This document shows, in pieces, positions 31,004-40,412 of a stretch of DNA of 64,000 nucleotides. The stretch covers positions 27,287 through 91,286 of the forward strand of contig JAZSIF010000054.1 of the NCBI GenBank assembly GCA_045533675.1, written 5' to 3'. A program made the translations under genes and the position numbers. Source of the DNA: Eubacteriales bacterium (GTDB lineage: Bacteria > Bacillota > Clostridia > Oscillospirales > CAG-272). Each line of letters opens with the position of its first letter. The first letter of the stretch is position 1. The notes beneath the pieces were generated by a model that saw only the letters and a list, made by a program, of their open reading frames with translations, was not told the DNA's origin and did not search any database.

Positions 31004-32059
31004 ATGAATCAAACGAAGAGGATGAAATTTTCCATACAACCGAATACGGGGTGTCTGTCCGAGGAGGATGCCAAGCGCTATTTTTCGGTGGTGGGCTTTG
31101 CGGCGTTTGCCCTGATGCTTATCTTTTATTTGAGTAGCTTTGGACTTTCCTATCTTCTCTATTGGCTTTTTCCCTCACTTCTTGCGGATGCGGTGGCTTC
31201 GCAGGTCTTGTCGCTCATTCCTCTTTACGGAATCGCTCTTCCCATCTTTTTTCTGATTCTTCGGAGACTTCCTCGGGGTGTTCCCTCGGAACAACCGTTG
31301 AGGACGGGGATTTTCCTTGGCGGATTTTGCGTGTGCATTGCCATGATGACCATGGGAAATACGGTGAGCCAATTTGTGGTGTCCTTTTTTGAGGGCATGA
31401 TGGGAAGAGTACAGGAAAATCCCGTGGCGGTGGCAACGGAGGGAAACCCTTGGTGGGTGAATCTGATTTTCGTTGCGGTGATCCCCTGTATTTTGGAGGA
31501 GCTGCTTTTCCGAAAAATTCTTTGTGATCGCCTGCTCCCCTTGGGAGAGGGATACGCGGTGGTAGTTTCTGCCGTTGTCTTTGGACTGGTACACGGGAAC
31601 TTCTTCCAGTTTTTTTATGCCTTTTCCGTGGGACTGATCTTTGCCGTTGTCTATGTAAAAACGGGCAGGATCTGGATCACGATGCTCTACCATGGATTGA
31701 TCAATGTGTTGGGCGGTGTGTTGGCGCCCCTGCTTCTGCAAAAGATCGCTCCTGCCATGGAAGAATCCTTCCTTTTGGAAATGGAGAAGTATCTTGCGGC
31801 GGGAGATTCCGATGCGCTTTCGGAGCTTTTGGCTCCCATTATGTTGCCGATGCTGGGAATCCTCTTATATGAGGGTCTGATGCTTGCCGCCGTTGTGGTC
31901 GGCTTTGTCTATTTCTTCCGAAAAGGGAGGAAGATTCGATTTGAGGCGGGTCTTTTGCCTGTGCCAAGGTCCTGTCGTTTTTCCTCGGTCCTCTTAAACG
32001 TAGGAACGGCTGCCGCGTTGACCGTTTTTGCCGCCATCTTTCTTCTGTCTCTCTATTGA
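31004..32059 (+). CDS. CPBP (Abi/CAAX-like) intramembrane metalloprotease
   Basis: EELLFR, FGLVH, HGLIN motifs. Confidence 0.88.
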   Translation: MNQTKRMKFSIQPNTGCLSEEDAKRYFSVVGFAAFALMLIFYLSSFGLSYLLYWLFPSLLADAVASQVLSLIPLYGIALPIFFLILRRLPRGVPSEQPLRTGIFLGGFCVCIAMMTMGNTVSQFVVSFFEGMMGRVQENPVAVATEGNPWWVNLIFVAVIPCILEELLFRKILCDRLLPLGEGYAVVVSAVVFGLVHGNFFQFFYAFSVGLIFAVVYVKTGRIWITMLYHGLINVLGGVLAPLLLQKIAPAMEESFLLEMEKYLAAGDSDALSELLAPIMLPMLGILLYEGLMLAAVVVGFVYFFRKGRKIRFEAGLLPVPRSCRFSSVLLNVGTAAALTVFAAIFLLSLY

Positions 32060-32077
32060 CGGAGAGGAGGAACTGCT

Positions 32078-34063
32078 ATGGCACGATTTGTGAAAAGACG
32101 CACACCCCGTCCCTCTCATATCAGGGCGAGATATATTACCGTTGGGGCATTTTTTGTTGTGATTTGTCTTGCTTTCATCGTGGTTCTTGCGGTGTATCAG
32201 GCAAGAGGAAGCGCTCCCAGGGAGGAGGGACACATTCGCACCTACACTGTTCCCGGTGTGCGGGGTGAAATTTACGATAAAAACGGGAAACCTATCGTTA
32301 AAAATTCCACAGGATATGACCTGATCTATGAATATGGCGCCATGCCCGATGATCGGGGAGGGATCAACGAGGGACTTTTAATCACGTTGAATGCTCTTCG
32401 CCGTACGGGAAATGAGGCTTGCCTTTCGGAGGATTACTTCGTTTTAGAAGGGATTTATCCCGATCTTCGGTTCGTTTCCGAGCGTTCGGAGCCCGAATCG
32501 GAGGTGTGTAAACAATACATAAAATTCTTAGAGCGTCGGCAATTTTCCGAGGCAGACACAGATGCCTCGGACGTAGTGTCCTATTTTGTCAATCGCTATT
32601 CACTGTCCGATACGCTTTACAGTGCCGAGGAGATCACCGATTTGATTCGGCTGTATTATGAAATGGAGCGTGTGGATTTTGGTTCATACGCATCCTTTAC
32701 CATTGCCGAAAACGTTCCAAAGGAGGTCATCAATCTCTTGGAGGAGATCAATGTGGAGGGTGTGGTCTTTGTTCTCAGAAGTGAGAGGATCTACTGCTAC
32801 CCCGGCATTGCGTCTCACATCCTCGGACGCGTGGGAAAGATCACCGCCGAAACGAAGGAATACTATTTGTCCCGAGGATATTCCTTGGACGCATTGGTAG
32901 GGACCTCGGGTGTAGAAGCCGCTTTCGAGGAATGGCTTCACGGGCAGAACGGGAAAAAGGTGGTACGCTATGACGATGAGGGACGGATGATCGACAGCTA
33001 CTACGATCCCGCACCCGTCAGCGGTAAGGATATTTATCTGACCATCGACATTGATTTGCAGATCGCTGCCGAGGAAGGGCTTCGAAACAGCGTAGAGTCG
33101 AGCGGTTCCTCCGAGGCAGGCGCCATTACGGTTCTTGACCCAAACAGCGGAGCAGTCCTTGCGTCTGCTTCCTATCCGACCTATGACCTGACCAAATTTG
33201 AAAGTCAGTCCTACGTGGATTCGCTGAATGCCAACGAAAACAACCCCTGGCTGAATCGAGCCATGCAGGGAGTATATGCTCCCGGTTCGACCTACAAGAT
33301 CGGGATGGCGCTTGCCGCTCTGGAGACGGGAAGCATCGGAGGGTCCTCCTCCTATTTCTGCGACCATACCTATAAGGGATTGGATTGTCTCGGGACCCAC
33401 GGAACATCCGACGTGGTGGATGCTATCCGAGACTCCTGCAACGTGTTTTTCTATCATTTGGGTGAGATCATGGGTGTCCGTCCCGCTACACAGTATACCA
33501 ATCGTTTAGGACTCGGCTTGCCCACGGGGGTAGAGGTGGGAGAAGCTAAGGGCAACGTGGCGGCAGACGGAGATATTGGCAACAATATGATGGCTGCCAT
33601 TGGACAGGCGGATCACGGATATACTCCTTTGCAAATGAGCGTGTATCTGTCTTCCATCGTCAACGGGGGAACCCGATACAGTGCCCATCTGTTGGATTCG
33701 GTCCATACCTTTTATACAGGAGAGACGGTCAATGCCTATCAGACCAAGGTGGAGGAATCGGTGAAATTCTCCAAAGAGACCTATGACCTTTTGATCGAAG
33801 GCATGCGGCAGGTTGTGTCGGAAAACGAGACGCTCTCAACAACCTTTCGGAACGTTCCCGTGACGGTAGGCGGAAAGACGGGAACGGCACAGGTGGATGG
33901 GAAGACCGACTATGCCCTCTTTACGGGCTTTGCTCCTCTTCGCAGTCCCGAGATCGTGGTAGCCTGTGTTTTGGAAGAAGGCGCGGTAGGTGCCAGAGCC
34001 GCCACACCCGTGGCAAGGGTCATGGAGGCATTTTTTAACAAACAGACCGAGGCTGGAGAGTAA
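32078..34063 (+). CDS. mrdA: Class B penicillin-binding protein 2
   Basis: RGEIYDKNG, STYK (SxxK), SCN (SxN), KTGT; lies in the mre operon. Confidence 0.9.
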   Translation: MARFVKRRTPRPSHIRARYITVGAFFVVICLAFIVVLAVYQARGSAPREEGHIRTYTVPGVRGEIYDKNGKPIVKNSTGYDLIYEYGAMPDDRGGINEGLLITLNALRRTGNEACLSEDYFVLEGIYPDLRFVSERSEPESEVCKQYIKFLERRQFSEADTDASDVVSYFVNRYSLSDTLYSAEEITDLIRLYYEMERVDFGSYASFTIAENVPKEVINLLEEINVEGVVFVLRSERIYCYPGIASHILGRVGKITAETKEYYLSRGYSLDALVGTSGVEAAFEEWLHGQNGKKVVRYDDEGRMIDSYYDPAPVSGKDIYLTIDIDLQIAAEEGLRNSVESSGSSEAGAITVLDPNSGAVLASASYPTYDLTKFESQSYVDSLNANENNPWLNRAMQGVYAPGSTYKIGMALAALETGSIGGSSSYFCDHTYKGLDCLGTHGTSDVVDAIRDSCNVFFYHLGEIMGVRPATQYTNRLGLGLPTGVEVGEAKGNVAADGDIGNNMMAAIGQADHGYTPLQMSVYLSSIVNGGTRYSAHLLDSVHTFYTGETVNAYQTKVEESVKFSKETYDLLIEGMRQVVSENETLSTTFRNVPVTVGGKTGTAQVDGKTDYALFTGFAPLRSPEIVVACVLEEGAVGARAATPVARVMEAFFNKQTEAGE

Positions 34064-34130
34064 AAAATACTTGACAATTCGCGCATCGGTGGTATATAAT
34101 AACTGTTATCAAACAAATGAGGTAAAGAAT

Positions 34131-36224
34131 ATGACCAAAAAAGTTTCGGAATTCTTCGGTTGTATGGTGTTCAACGACGACGTCATGCGAGAGCGTTTGC
34201 CGGTGGAGGTCTATAAGTCTCTGACCAAGACCATCGCTACGGGCAAGACCATTGACGCATCGGTTGCCGACGTGGTGGCAAACGCCATGAAGGATTGGGC
34301 AATCGAAAAGGGAGCGACCCACTATACCCATTGGTTCCAGCCCTTGACGGGAGTAACTGCCGAAAAGCACGATTCCTTTATTTCCCCTGTGGGGAACTGT
34401 AAGGTTGTGATGGAATTTTCGGGTAAGGAGTTGATTAAGGGAGAGTCCGATGCTTCTTCCTTCCCCTCGGGCGGCTTACGCGCAACCTTTGAGGCAAGAG
34501 GATACACGGCGTGGGATCCCGCTTCCTATGCGTTTGTCAAGGATGGTTCTCTGTACATCCCCACTGCTTTCTGCTCCTATACGGGCGAGGCACTGGATAC
34601 CAAGACCCCTTTGCTCCGTTCCATGGATGCGGTCAGCTTCCAGGGATTGCGTGTGCTTCGGTATTTTGGAGATACGTCCTCCAAACGTTTACATACTACC
34701 GTGGGTGCGGAACAGGAATATTTCATTGTTGATAAAGAAATGTACGAACAGCGCAAGGATTTGCAGTTTGCGGGCAGAACTCTTTTTGGAGCGCCCGCGC
34801 CCAAGGGTCAGGAGCTGGAGGATCATTATTTCGGTCCTCTGAACTCTCGCATCAGTGCTTTTATGGCAGAGCTTGACCAGGAGCTTTGGCGGCTCGGCAT
34901 CAATTCCAAGACCAAGCACAACGAAGCGGCCCCCGCGCAGCACGAGCTGGCTCCCATCTATGCCAACACCAATATGGCGGTGGATCAGAATCTCCTGATC
35001 ATGGAGTATATGAAGAGGATCGCCGAGAAGCACGGACTTGTCTGTCTGCTACATGAAAAGCCCTATGCCGGTGTGAACGGATCGGGCAAGCACAACAACT
35101 GGTCCATTACCACCGACAAGGGAAAAAACCTTCTGGATCCCGGAAAGACTCCCGCGGAGAACGTCAAGTTCCTTTTGGTGCTGGCTGCCATTCTCAAGGC
35201 GGTGGACGATTATCAGGATCTTCTCCGTATCTCGGTTGCTCACGCGGGTAACGATCACCGACTGGGAGGCAATGAGGCGCCTCCCGCTATCGTATCGGTC
35301 TTCCTCGGCGAGGAGCTGGACGAGATCATCCGCTCTATTGTGGACGGTACGGCTTATGAGGCGTCGGGAGCGGGCATTATGGATCTGGGCATTCCCACCA
35401 TTCCCACCTTCCGCAAGGATACCACCGACCGCAACCGTACCTCGCCCTTGGCATTTACGGGGAATAAGTTTGAGTTCCGTATGCTTGGTTCCTCTCAGAA
35501 TATCGCTATGCCCAATATCGTGCTGAATACTGCCGTTGCCGAAAGCTTCCGCCAGTTTGCCGATATTTTGGACGACGCGGAGGATCTGGACGTAGCTGTT
35601 GCCAAGATTCTCAAGGATACCTTCTCGCAGCATATGCGGATCCTCTTCGACGGAAACGGATATTCCGAGGAGTGGGAAAAGGAAGCCAAGAAGCGCGGAC
35701 TTCTCAATCTCAGAAGCTCGGTGGAGGCATACGAACTCTTTGACGACGAAAAGAATGTAAAGCTCTTCTCGAGACACGGTGTTATGAGCCGTACCGAAAT
35801 CGAATCCCGTAAGGAGATCCTACTGGAGAATTACGCGAAGATCGTCAATATCGAGGCGCTGACCATGATCGAAATGGCAAGCCGTGATATCATTCCCGCT
35901 GTCAATGCCTACCTTGGCGAGGTGGCAAATACCGCCGTGGCAAAGCGCGCGGTGCTGTCGGGAATTTCCTGTGCGGTGGAGGAGGATATTCTCATGAAGC
36001 TGTCCGATCTGAACGCAAGGACCTACGATGCCCTCGGCAAGCTCAAAAAGGCGGAGGCGAAGGCGGCAAAGACTGCCGGAGTGATGGCAAGAGCCGAAGC
36101 ATGTCGCGATCTGGTGCTTCCCGCCATGGATAAGCTTCGCAAGCTGGTAGATGAGATGGAGACCATGACCTCTTCGGAGTACTGGCCTCTGCCTACCTAC
36201 GGCGATATGATGTTTAGCGTATAA
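34131..36224 (+). CDS. glnA: Glutamine synthetase type III
   Basis: HWFQPLTG..AEKHD, DASSFPSGG, GAEQEYF, NGSGKH, DRNRTSP; TTGACA and TATAAT upstream. Confidence 0.95.
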   Translation: MTKKVSEFFGCMVFNDDVMRERLPVEVYKSLTKTIATGKTIDASVADVVANAMKDWAIEKGATHYTHWFQPLTGVTAEKHDSFISPVGNCKVVMEFSGKELIKGESDASSFPSGGLRATFEARGYTAWDPASYAFVKDGSLYIPTAFCSYTGEALDTKTPLLRSMDAVSFQGLRVLRYFGDTSSKRLHTTVGAEQEYFIVDKEMYEQRKDLQFAGRTLFGAPAPKGQELEDHYFGPLNSRISAFMAELDQELWRLGINSKTKHNEAAPAQHELAPIYANTNMAVDQNLLIMEYMKRIAEKHGLVCLLHEKPYAGVNGSGKHNNWSITTDKGKNLLDPGKTPAENVKFLLVLAAILKAVDDYQDLLRISVAHAGNDHRLGGNEAPPAIVSVFLGEELDEIIRSIVDGTAYEASGAGIMDLGIPTIPTFRKDTTDRNRTSPLAFTGNKFEFRMLGSSQNIAMPNIVLNTAVAESFRQFADILDDAEDLDVAVAKILKDTFSQHMRILFDGNGYSEEWEKEAKKRGLLNLRSSVEAYELFDDEKNVKLFSRHGVMSRTEIESRKEILLENYAKIVNIEALTMIEMASRDIIPAVNAYLGEVANTAVAKRAVLSGISCAVEEDILMKLSDLNARTYDALGKLKKAEAKAAKTAGVMARAEACRDLVLPAMDKLRKLVDEMETMTSSEYWPLPTYGDMMFSV

Positions 36225-36259
36225 GAAATTTTATACATAACGCATGCTGTTCAAGAAAA

Positions 36260-36290
36260 AGGACAGAGAATGTAAAACATTCTCTGTCCT
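36260..36290. terminator. Hairpin terminator between convergent genes (near-identical copy at 61493)
   Basis: AGGACAGAGAATGT-aaa-ACATTCTCTGTCCT. Confidence 0.75.
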
Positions 36291-36298
36291 GTATTCTT

Positions 36299-36763
36299 TT
36301 AGCTCTTTTTTGCTCTCGCCTGCTCTATAATTCCCACGATAATTGCTGCCATGACCGAGACGGCAACAATGCCGCCTGCCATACCGAGTCCGATGCTGAC
36401 GGTTCCTCCGAAGTTACCAAAGAGAGAGTCGTAACGCTTATGGATCAAGGCATCCATGGAGCGGTAAAGCGAGCCTCCGGGGATAATGGGGATCATGGAG
36501 GGGAGAACGAATACGATAACGGGGGCATGGCGCAGCCGTGCGGCAATCTCGGAATAGGCTGCTCCCGCAACTGCGCCTAAGAAGGAAATGAGAAACAGAT
36601 TCCAGCCAATCTGTTCCAAAGAATAGTACACAAAGTAGGACAAAAGACCGCCGATCGCTACAAAAGGCAGATGGATCAGTCGGACACGGAAGATAAGAGA
36701 AAATCCAATGGTTCCGATTACTGCGGTAAGCATTTGGATCCAAAATTCAAGAGTCAAATACAT
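36299..36763 (-). CDS. Threonine/serine exporter family protein (ThrE_2 subunit)
   Basis: Hydrophobic, YSEIAAR, IPIIPGGSLY; start overlaps the stop of the upstream ThrE gene. Confidence 0.85.
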   Translation of the reverse strand: MYLTLEFWIQMLTAVIGTIGFSLIFRVRLIHLPFVAIGGLLSYFVYYSLEQIGWNLFLISFLGAVAGAAYSEIAARLRHAPVIVFVLPSMIPIIPGGSLYRSMDALIHKRYDSLFGNFGGTVSIGLGMAGGIVAVSVMAAIIVGIIEQARAKKS

Positions 36764-37566
36764 CACATCACCCCCCGCATCATCAGCATGGACAGCAGAT
36801 AGCCAAAGGCGATCATCAGGGCGGATAGAATCGCCTGAACGGTTTTCAGCGAGCCCGCCAGCACGTCTCCGCAAAGGAGATCTCGCAGGGCGGCACTAAA
36901 TGCCACACCTGGAATCTGGAGCATGATGGTTCCGATCATGATCATGCCCGCGTTGTCACCAAAGCCAACCGATACCGCAAGGCAGGCAAGGGTTCCCGCA
37001 AGAAATGCGTTGATAAGGGTTTTGGCAAGAAAATTGATTCGTTTGACCTCTACTCGGATAATAAGTGCCATCAAAAGACCAATGAGGGCAGCTACCGCGC
37101 CATCCATCAGCGTGCCGCCGAAAAAAACGGCAAATCCGCCCGCGGCAAGCACAGAACCGATAAAACTCGCCACCCATCCGGGGTATGGCTTTTTTTCTTT
37201 TGCCCTGCGGATCATTTCGTCCACCTGCTCCAGGGGAGGAGTTTTTTTACAGATATTACGGGAAATGTCGTTATAAAGCTCTAAGCGATAGAGATCGGTA
37301 TTTGTGTCGTATACACGGCGTAGCTGTGTAGAATGGCTTCCGTCCGGCATGTGGATCTGTACGTTCAGCATGGAAACAATCGCAAATACTTCTACGTGAA
37401 GAGCACCGTAGGCACGGCAGATCCGCTCCACGGTATCCTCTACCCGTCGGATTTCGGCGCCGCTTTCGAGGAGCATCTCGCCTATGTCAAGAGCGACCGA
37501 CAAGAGGTGATCGGTCGGTGTCCATATCTTTTTTGCGGGCATATCACCGATGTTCTCGGAAATCAT
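36763..37566 (-). CDS. Threonine/serine exporter family protein (ThrE)
   Basis: GEMLLESGAEIRRVEDT, FFGG, IMLQIPGV...RDL. Confidence 0.88.
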   Translation of the reverse strand: MISENIGDMPAKKIWTPTDHLLSVALDIGEMLLESGAEIRRVEDTVERICRAYGALHVEVFAIVSMLNVQIHMPDGSHSTQLRRVYDTNTDLYRLELYNDISRNICKKTPPLEQVDEMIRRAKEKKPYPGWVASFIGSVLAAGGFAVFFGGTLMDGAVAALIGLLMALIIRVEVKRINFLAKTLINAFLAGTLACLAVSVGFGDNAGMIMIGTIMLQIPGVAFSAALRDLLCGDVLAGSLKTVQAILSALMIAFGYLLSMLMMRGVM

Positions 37567-37646
37567 ATATAAGAACTCCTTTGAGATAGAATAAGCAGGG
37601 GATTTTTCGCTATTATAGCATTCACCCGAGGAAATGTCAAGGGATT

Positions 37647-37793
37647 TCATAAAAGGAATGAAGCATTAGGAAAGCAGTTGTCCAAATCGCCAAGGATATG
37701 AGCAGGATCAAGCGGAAAAGGGAGTGTCCGCGTCCTTCGCTCGCAAGAAGGATGGGTGTGGAAATCGATAATTTCGTAGTTCTTGATTTGCAT
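37647..37793 (-). pseudogene. Possible N-terminal remnant of an amidohydrolase
   Basis: MQIKNYEIIDFHTHP (IIDxHxH motif), then loss of similarity and an early stop. Confidence 0.4.
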
Positions 37794-37999
37794 AAAAGCC
37801 TTCTTTTGAGGGATTGAGGATATTATAGCACAGAGGGAGAATTTTGGCAAGGAAAATAGGGAAAATAAAATGTTTGCCAAGGATTCAGAACTCAGGTTTG
37901 CGCCGATTCGAGGCGGATATCCATGGTTCAGCACAGCGCAAACTCATCAAATGCTTCGCGTTTGAGGGGTTCCTCTTACCGAAGTCCGCTACGAAAAAA

Positions 38000-38182
38000 G
38001 GGCAGGAGGATTTGTCTCGTCGCTACGACGCAAAGCCGAGAGATATTTCGGCTTTGCTACGCTCCTCGGTCTGTCGCGGCTCTGACAACACACTGTGTTG
38101 TCATTCACTACCGCTCCCCTTCGAATCCTCCGTTGCAATCCATACCAAACAAAAACACCAAGCCGATTGGCTTGGTGCTTTT
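38000..38182. repeat. tRNA-linked multi-hairpin element with copies of the tRNA-Trp T-arm, plus tRNA terminator
   Basis: GGGCAGGAGGATT direct repeat (38000 and 38192), inverted TTCGAATCCTCC (38120), hairpins at 38030-38057 and 38083-38103, terminator at 38152-38182. Confidence 0.65.
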
Positions 38183-38185
38183 ATT

Positions 38186-38261
38186 TGGCAGGGGCAGGAG
38201 GATTCGAACCCGCGACCCACGGTTTTGGAGACCGGTACTCTACCAGCTGAGCTATACCCCT
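38186..38261 (-). tRNA. tRNA-Trp(CCA)
   Basis: AGGGGTATAGCTCAGCTGGTAGAGTACCGGTCTCCAAAACCGTGGGTCGCGGGTTCGAATCCTCCTGCCCCTGCCA. Confidence 0.96.
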
Positions 38262-38419
38262 GTGTCATAAGACCAAGTTATTATATCATAACTTCTGCCG
38301 ATTTGCAAGGGGTTTTTAAAAAATATTAAAATTTTTTTCTTTCGTTTCTTTTTGGTTGACTTTACCATCTGGATATGATAAAATGAAATAGTAAGATGTT
38401 TCAAAAAGGATGTATTGAT

Positions 38420-39811
38420 ATGAGCAATCGAGAAAATTTTAAATCCAATCTTGGATTCATTTTGGTCAGCGCGGGCTGTGCCATTGGAATCGGAAACGTG
38501 TGGAAATTCCCCTATGTGGCGGGACAGAACGGTGGAGGTGTCTTTGTACTCTTCTATCTGCTCTTCCTGGCAATTATGGGTATTCCCGTATTGACCATGG
38601 AGCTGTCAGTGGGACGCGCCAGCCGACAGAGTGCGGTGGGCGGCTTCCGTACGCTGGAGAAGCCGAGGCATAAATGGCACATTCACGGATGGGTGTGTAC
38701 CATTGGATGCTATCTTCTGATGATGTACTACACCACGGTATCCGGTTGGATGCTCGGCTATTTCTATAAGTTTGCTACGGGCACCTTCTCGGGAATGGGC
38801 GAGCTTGGAACCTCCGCTGAACAGAAGACCGCCGTGGACAGTGTATTCGGCTCCTTGATGGAGAGTCCTTGGGAAATGATCCTCTGGATGTCGATCATGG
38901 TGGTGCTTGGCTTTCTTGTATGTAGCTTCAGTCTGCAGAAGGGTCTGGAGCGGATCACCAAATACATGATGCTCGGTCTGCTGATTTTGATCGTTATTTT
39001 GGTGGTAAACAGCCTGACGCTGGAGGGCGGCATGGAGGGAATCAAGTTTTATCTGGTTCCCGACTTTGAGCGTGCCATGGATGTGGGGATCTTCAATGTC
39101 ATCACCGCGGCGATGAATCAGGCGTTCTTCACTTTGAGCCTTGGTATTGCTTCCATGGAAATTTTCGGAAGCTACATGAAAAAGGACAAGACCATTACGG
39201 GCGAGGCGGTTCGCATCTGCTCGCTGGATACCTTTGTGGCGCTGATGGCAGGCTTTATCATCTTCCCCGCGTGCTTTGCCTTTGGCGTAGAACCTGATGC
39301 TGGTCCTTCGCTGATTTTCATGAGCCTCCCCCGCGTGTTTATCAATATGCCCGGCGGACGGATCTGGGGAAGCCTCTTCTTCCTCTTTATGACCTTTGCC
39401 TGCTTCACCACGGTCATTGCTGTATTCCAGAACTTGATTGCCGCTTGCCAGGAGAATTTTGGATGGAAAAAGAACAAGACAACGCTCATCAACTGCGCGT
39501 TTGTTCTGGTGGCAAGTGTGCCTTGCGTGCTCGGCTTTAATCTGTGGTCCGGCTTTGAATGGATGTCGGGCAAGAATATTCTTGATTTAGAGGACTTCAT
39601 CGTCAGCAACATCCTTCTGCCGCTTGGCTCTTTGATCTTCGTGATCTTCTGTGTTACCAGGTACGGTTGGGGCTTTGACAATTACTTGGAGGAGTGCAAT
39701 ACGGGTAAGGGCATGAGGATGCCTCGCGCCTTCCGCCACTACTTCCGATTCGTGCTTCCTCTCTTGATTCTCGTAATCTTCGGAAGCGGACTTTGGTCCT
39801 TCTTTAAATAA
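38420..39811 (+). CDS. Sodium-dependent transporter (NSS/SNF family)
   Basis: AGCAIGIGNVWKFPY..GQNGGG, QAFFTLSLG, GPSLIF. Confidence 0.93.
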   Translation: MSNRENFKSNLGFILVSAGCAIGIGNVWKFPYVAGQNGGGVFVLFYLLFLAIMGIPVLTMELSVGRASRQSAVGGFRTLEKPRHKWHIHGWVCTIGCYLLMMYYTTVSGWMLGYFYKFATGTFSGMGELGTSAEQKTAVDSVFGSLMESPWEMILWMSIMVVLGFLVCSFSLQKGLERITKYMMLGLLILIVILVVNSLTLEGGMEGIKFYLVPDFERAMDVGIFNVITAAMNQAFFTLSLGIASMEIFGSYMKKDKTITGEAVRICSLDTFVALMAGFIIFPACFAFGVEPDAGPSLIFMSLPRVFINMPGGRIWGSLFFLFMTFACFTTVIAVFQNLIAACQENFGWKKNKTTLINCAFVLVASVPCVLGFNLWSGFEWMSGKNILDLEDFIVSNILLPLGSLIFVIFCVTRYGWGFDNYLEECNTGKGMRMPRAFRHYFRFVLPLLILVIFGSGLWSFFK

Positions 39812-39824
39812 TTAAAATCATGAA

Positions 39825-39897
39825 AAGAAATCCGTCGGCAGCGTGCGTAAGCAACGCGGTCCGACGGATTTCTTATATAAGAACAGTGGGATGCGGG
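39825..39897. repeat. Palindromic element, copy 4 (core hairpin plus outer-flank remnant)
   Basis: AAGAAATCCGTCGG...CCGACGGATTTCTT, then GGGATGCGGG (reverse complement of the flank of copies 1 and 2). Confidence 0.75.
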
Positions 39898-39908
39898 CGA
39901 AGTTTCTC

Positions 39909-39937
39909 TTGACTTTTTGCCCGTTTTGTGGTATAAT
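39909..39937 (+). promoter_or_regulatory. Sigma-A promoter of putative toxin mRNA
   Basis: TTGACT, 17 bp, TG-n-TATAAT. Confidence 0.75.
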
Positions 39938-40045
39938 ATAAAAGGCAAAAGCCCGAGAGGCGCCATGATTTTTGGCGGTTGCTTCCCCCAATTTTTGAGG
40001 GAAAGCAGATTTCTTTTTGCCTTCCCTTGCGGGGAGGTGATGCCT

Positions 40046-40129
40046 ATGTACTTGACGATCGAGCAACTGTTCCTGATAGCGGGATTTGTTCTTGCCCTGT
40101 TGACCTACATCGACCATAAAAAGAAATAA
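40046..40129 (+). CDS. Putative type I toxin, 27-aa holin-like membrane peptide (MYLTIEQLFLIAGFVLALLTYIDHKKK)
   Basis: GGAGGTGATGCCTATG SD context, a single TM helix and a basic C-terminus. Confidence 0.75.
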   Translation: MYLTIEQLFLIAGFVLALLTYIDHKKK

Positions 40130-40202
40130 CCGCCCACTCTTCGAAACCGTGGCGGTTATTTTTTAACGAAACGGGAAGCGACCGACATGGATGCCTCTCT
40201 TC
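40120..40202 (-). ncRNA. Putative antisense antitoxin sRNA (~80 nt)
   Basis: Convergent TTGACA (40237-40232), 17 bp, TATAAT (40214-40209); terminator AAATAACCGCC..GGCGGTTATTT with a U-tract on the minus strand; ends approximate. Confidence 0.65.
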
Positions 40203-40235
40203 TCTCTTATTATACACCAAAATAGGGAATTTGTC

Positions 40236-40270
40236 AAGAGCCTTTTCCGATCTGTGAGAAGGCTCTTTTT
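40236..40270 (+). terminator. Terminator of putative toxin mRNA
   Basis: AAGAGCCTTTTC..GAGAAGGCTCTT followed by TTT. Confidence 0.65.
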
Positions 40271-40412
40271 GTGTGTCAAAGAAAAGAAACTTGGATGTTT
40301 TTCTTGACAATAGCCATAATTTATTGTATAATATAAGATGTCGGACTGTGTGTTTTAATGTGATATCGGTTTTGGGTATGCCGATCGTTTTTCGGTATAC
40401 GGAGGATATAAA

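Noticed and set aside
37844-38329. 161-aa and 115-aa ORFs
   Set aside because: They overlap tRNA-Trp and the repeat element and are most likely spurious.
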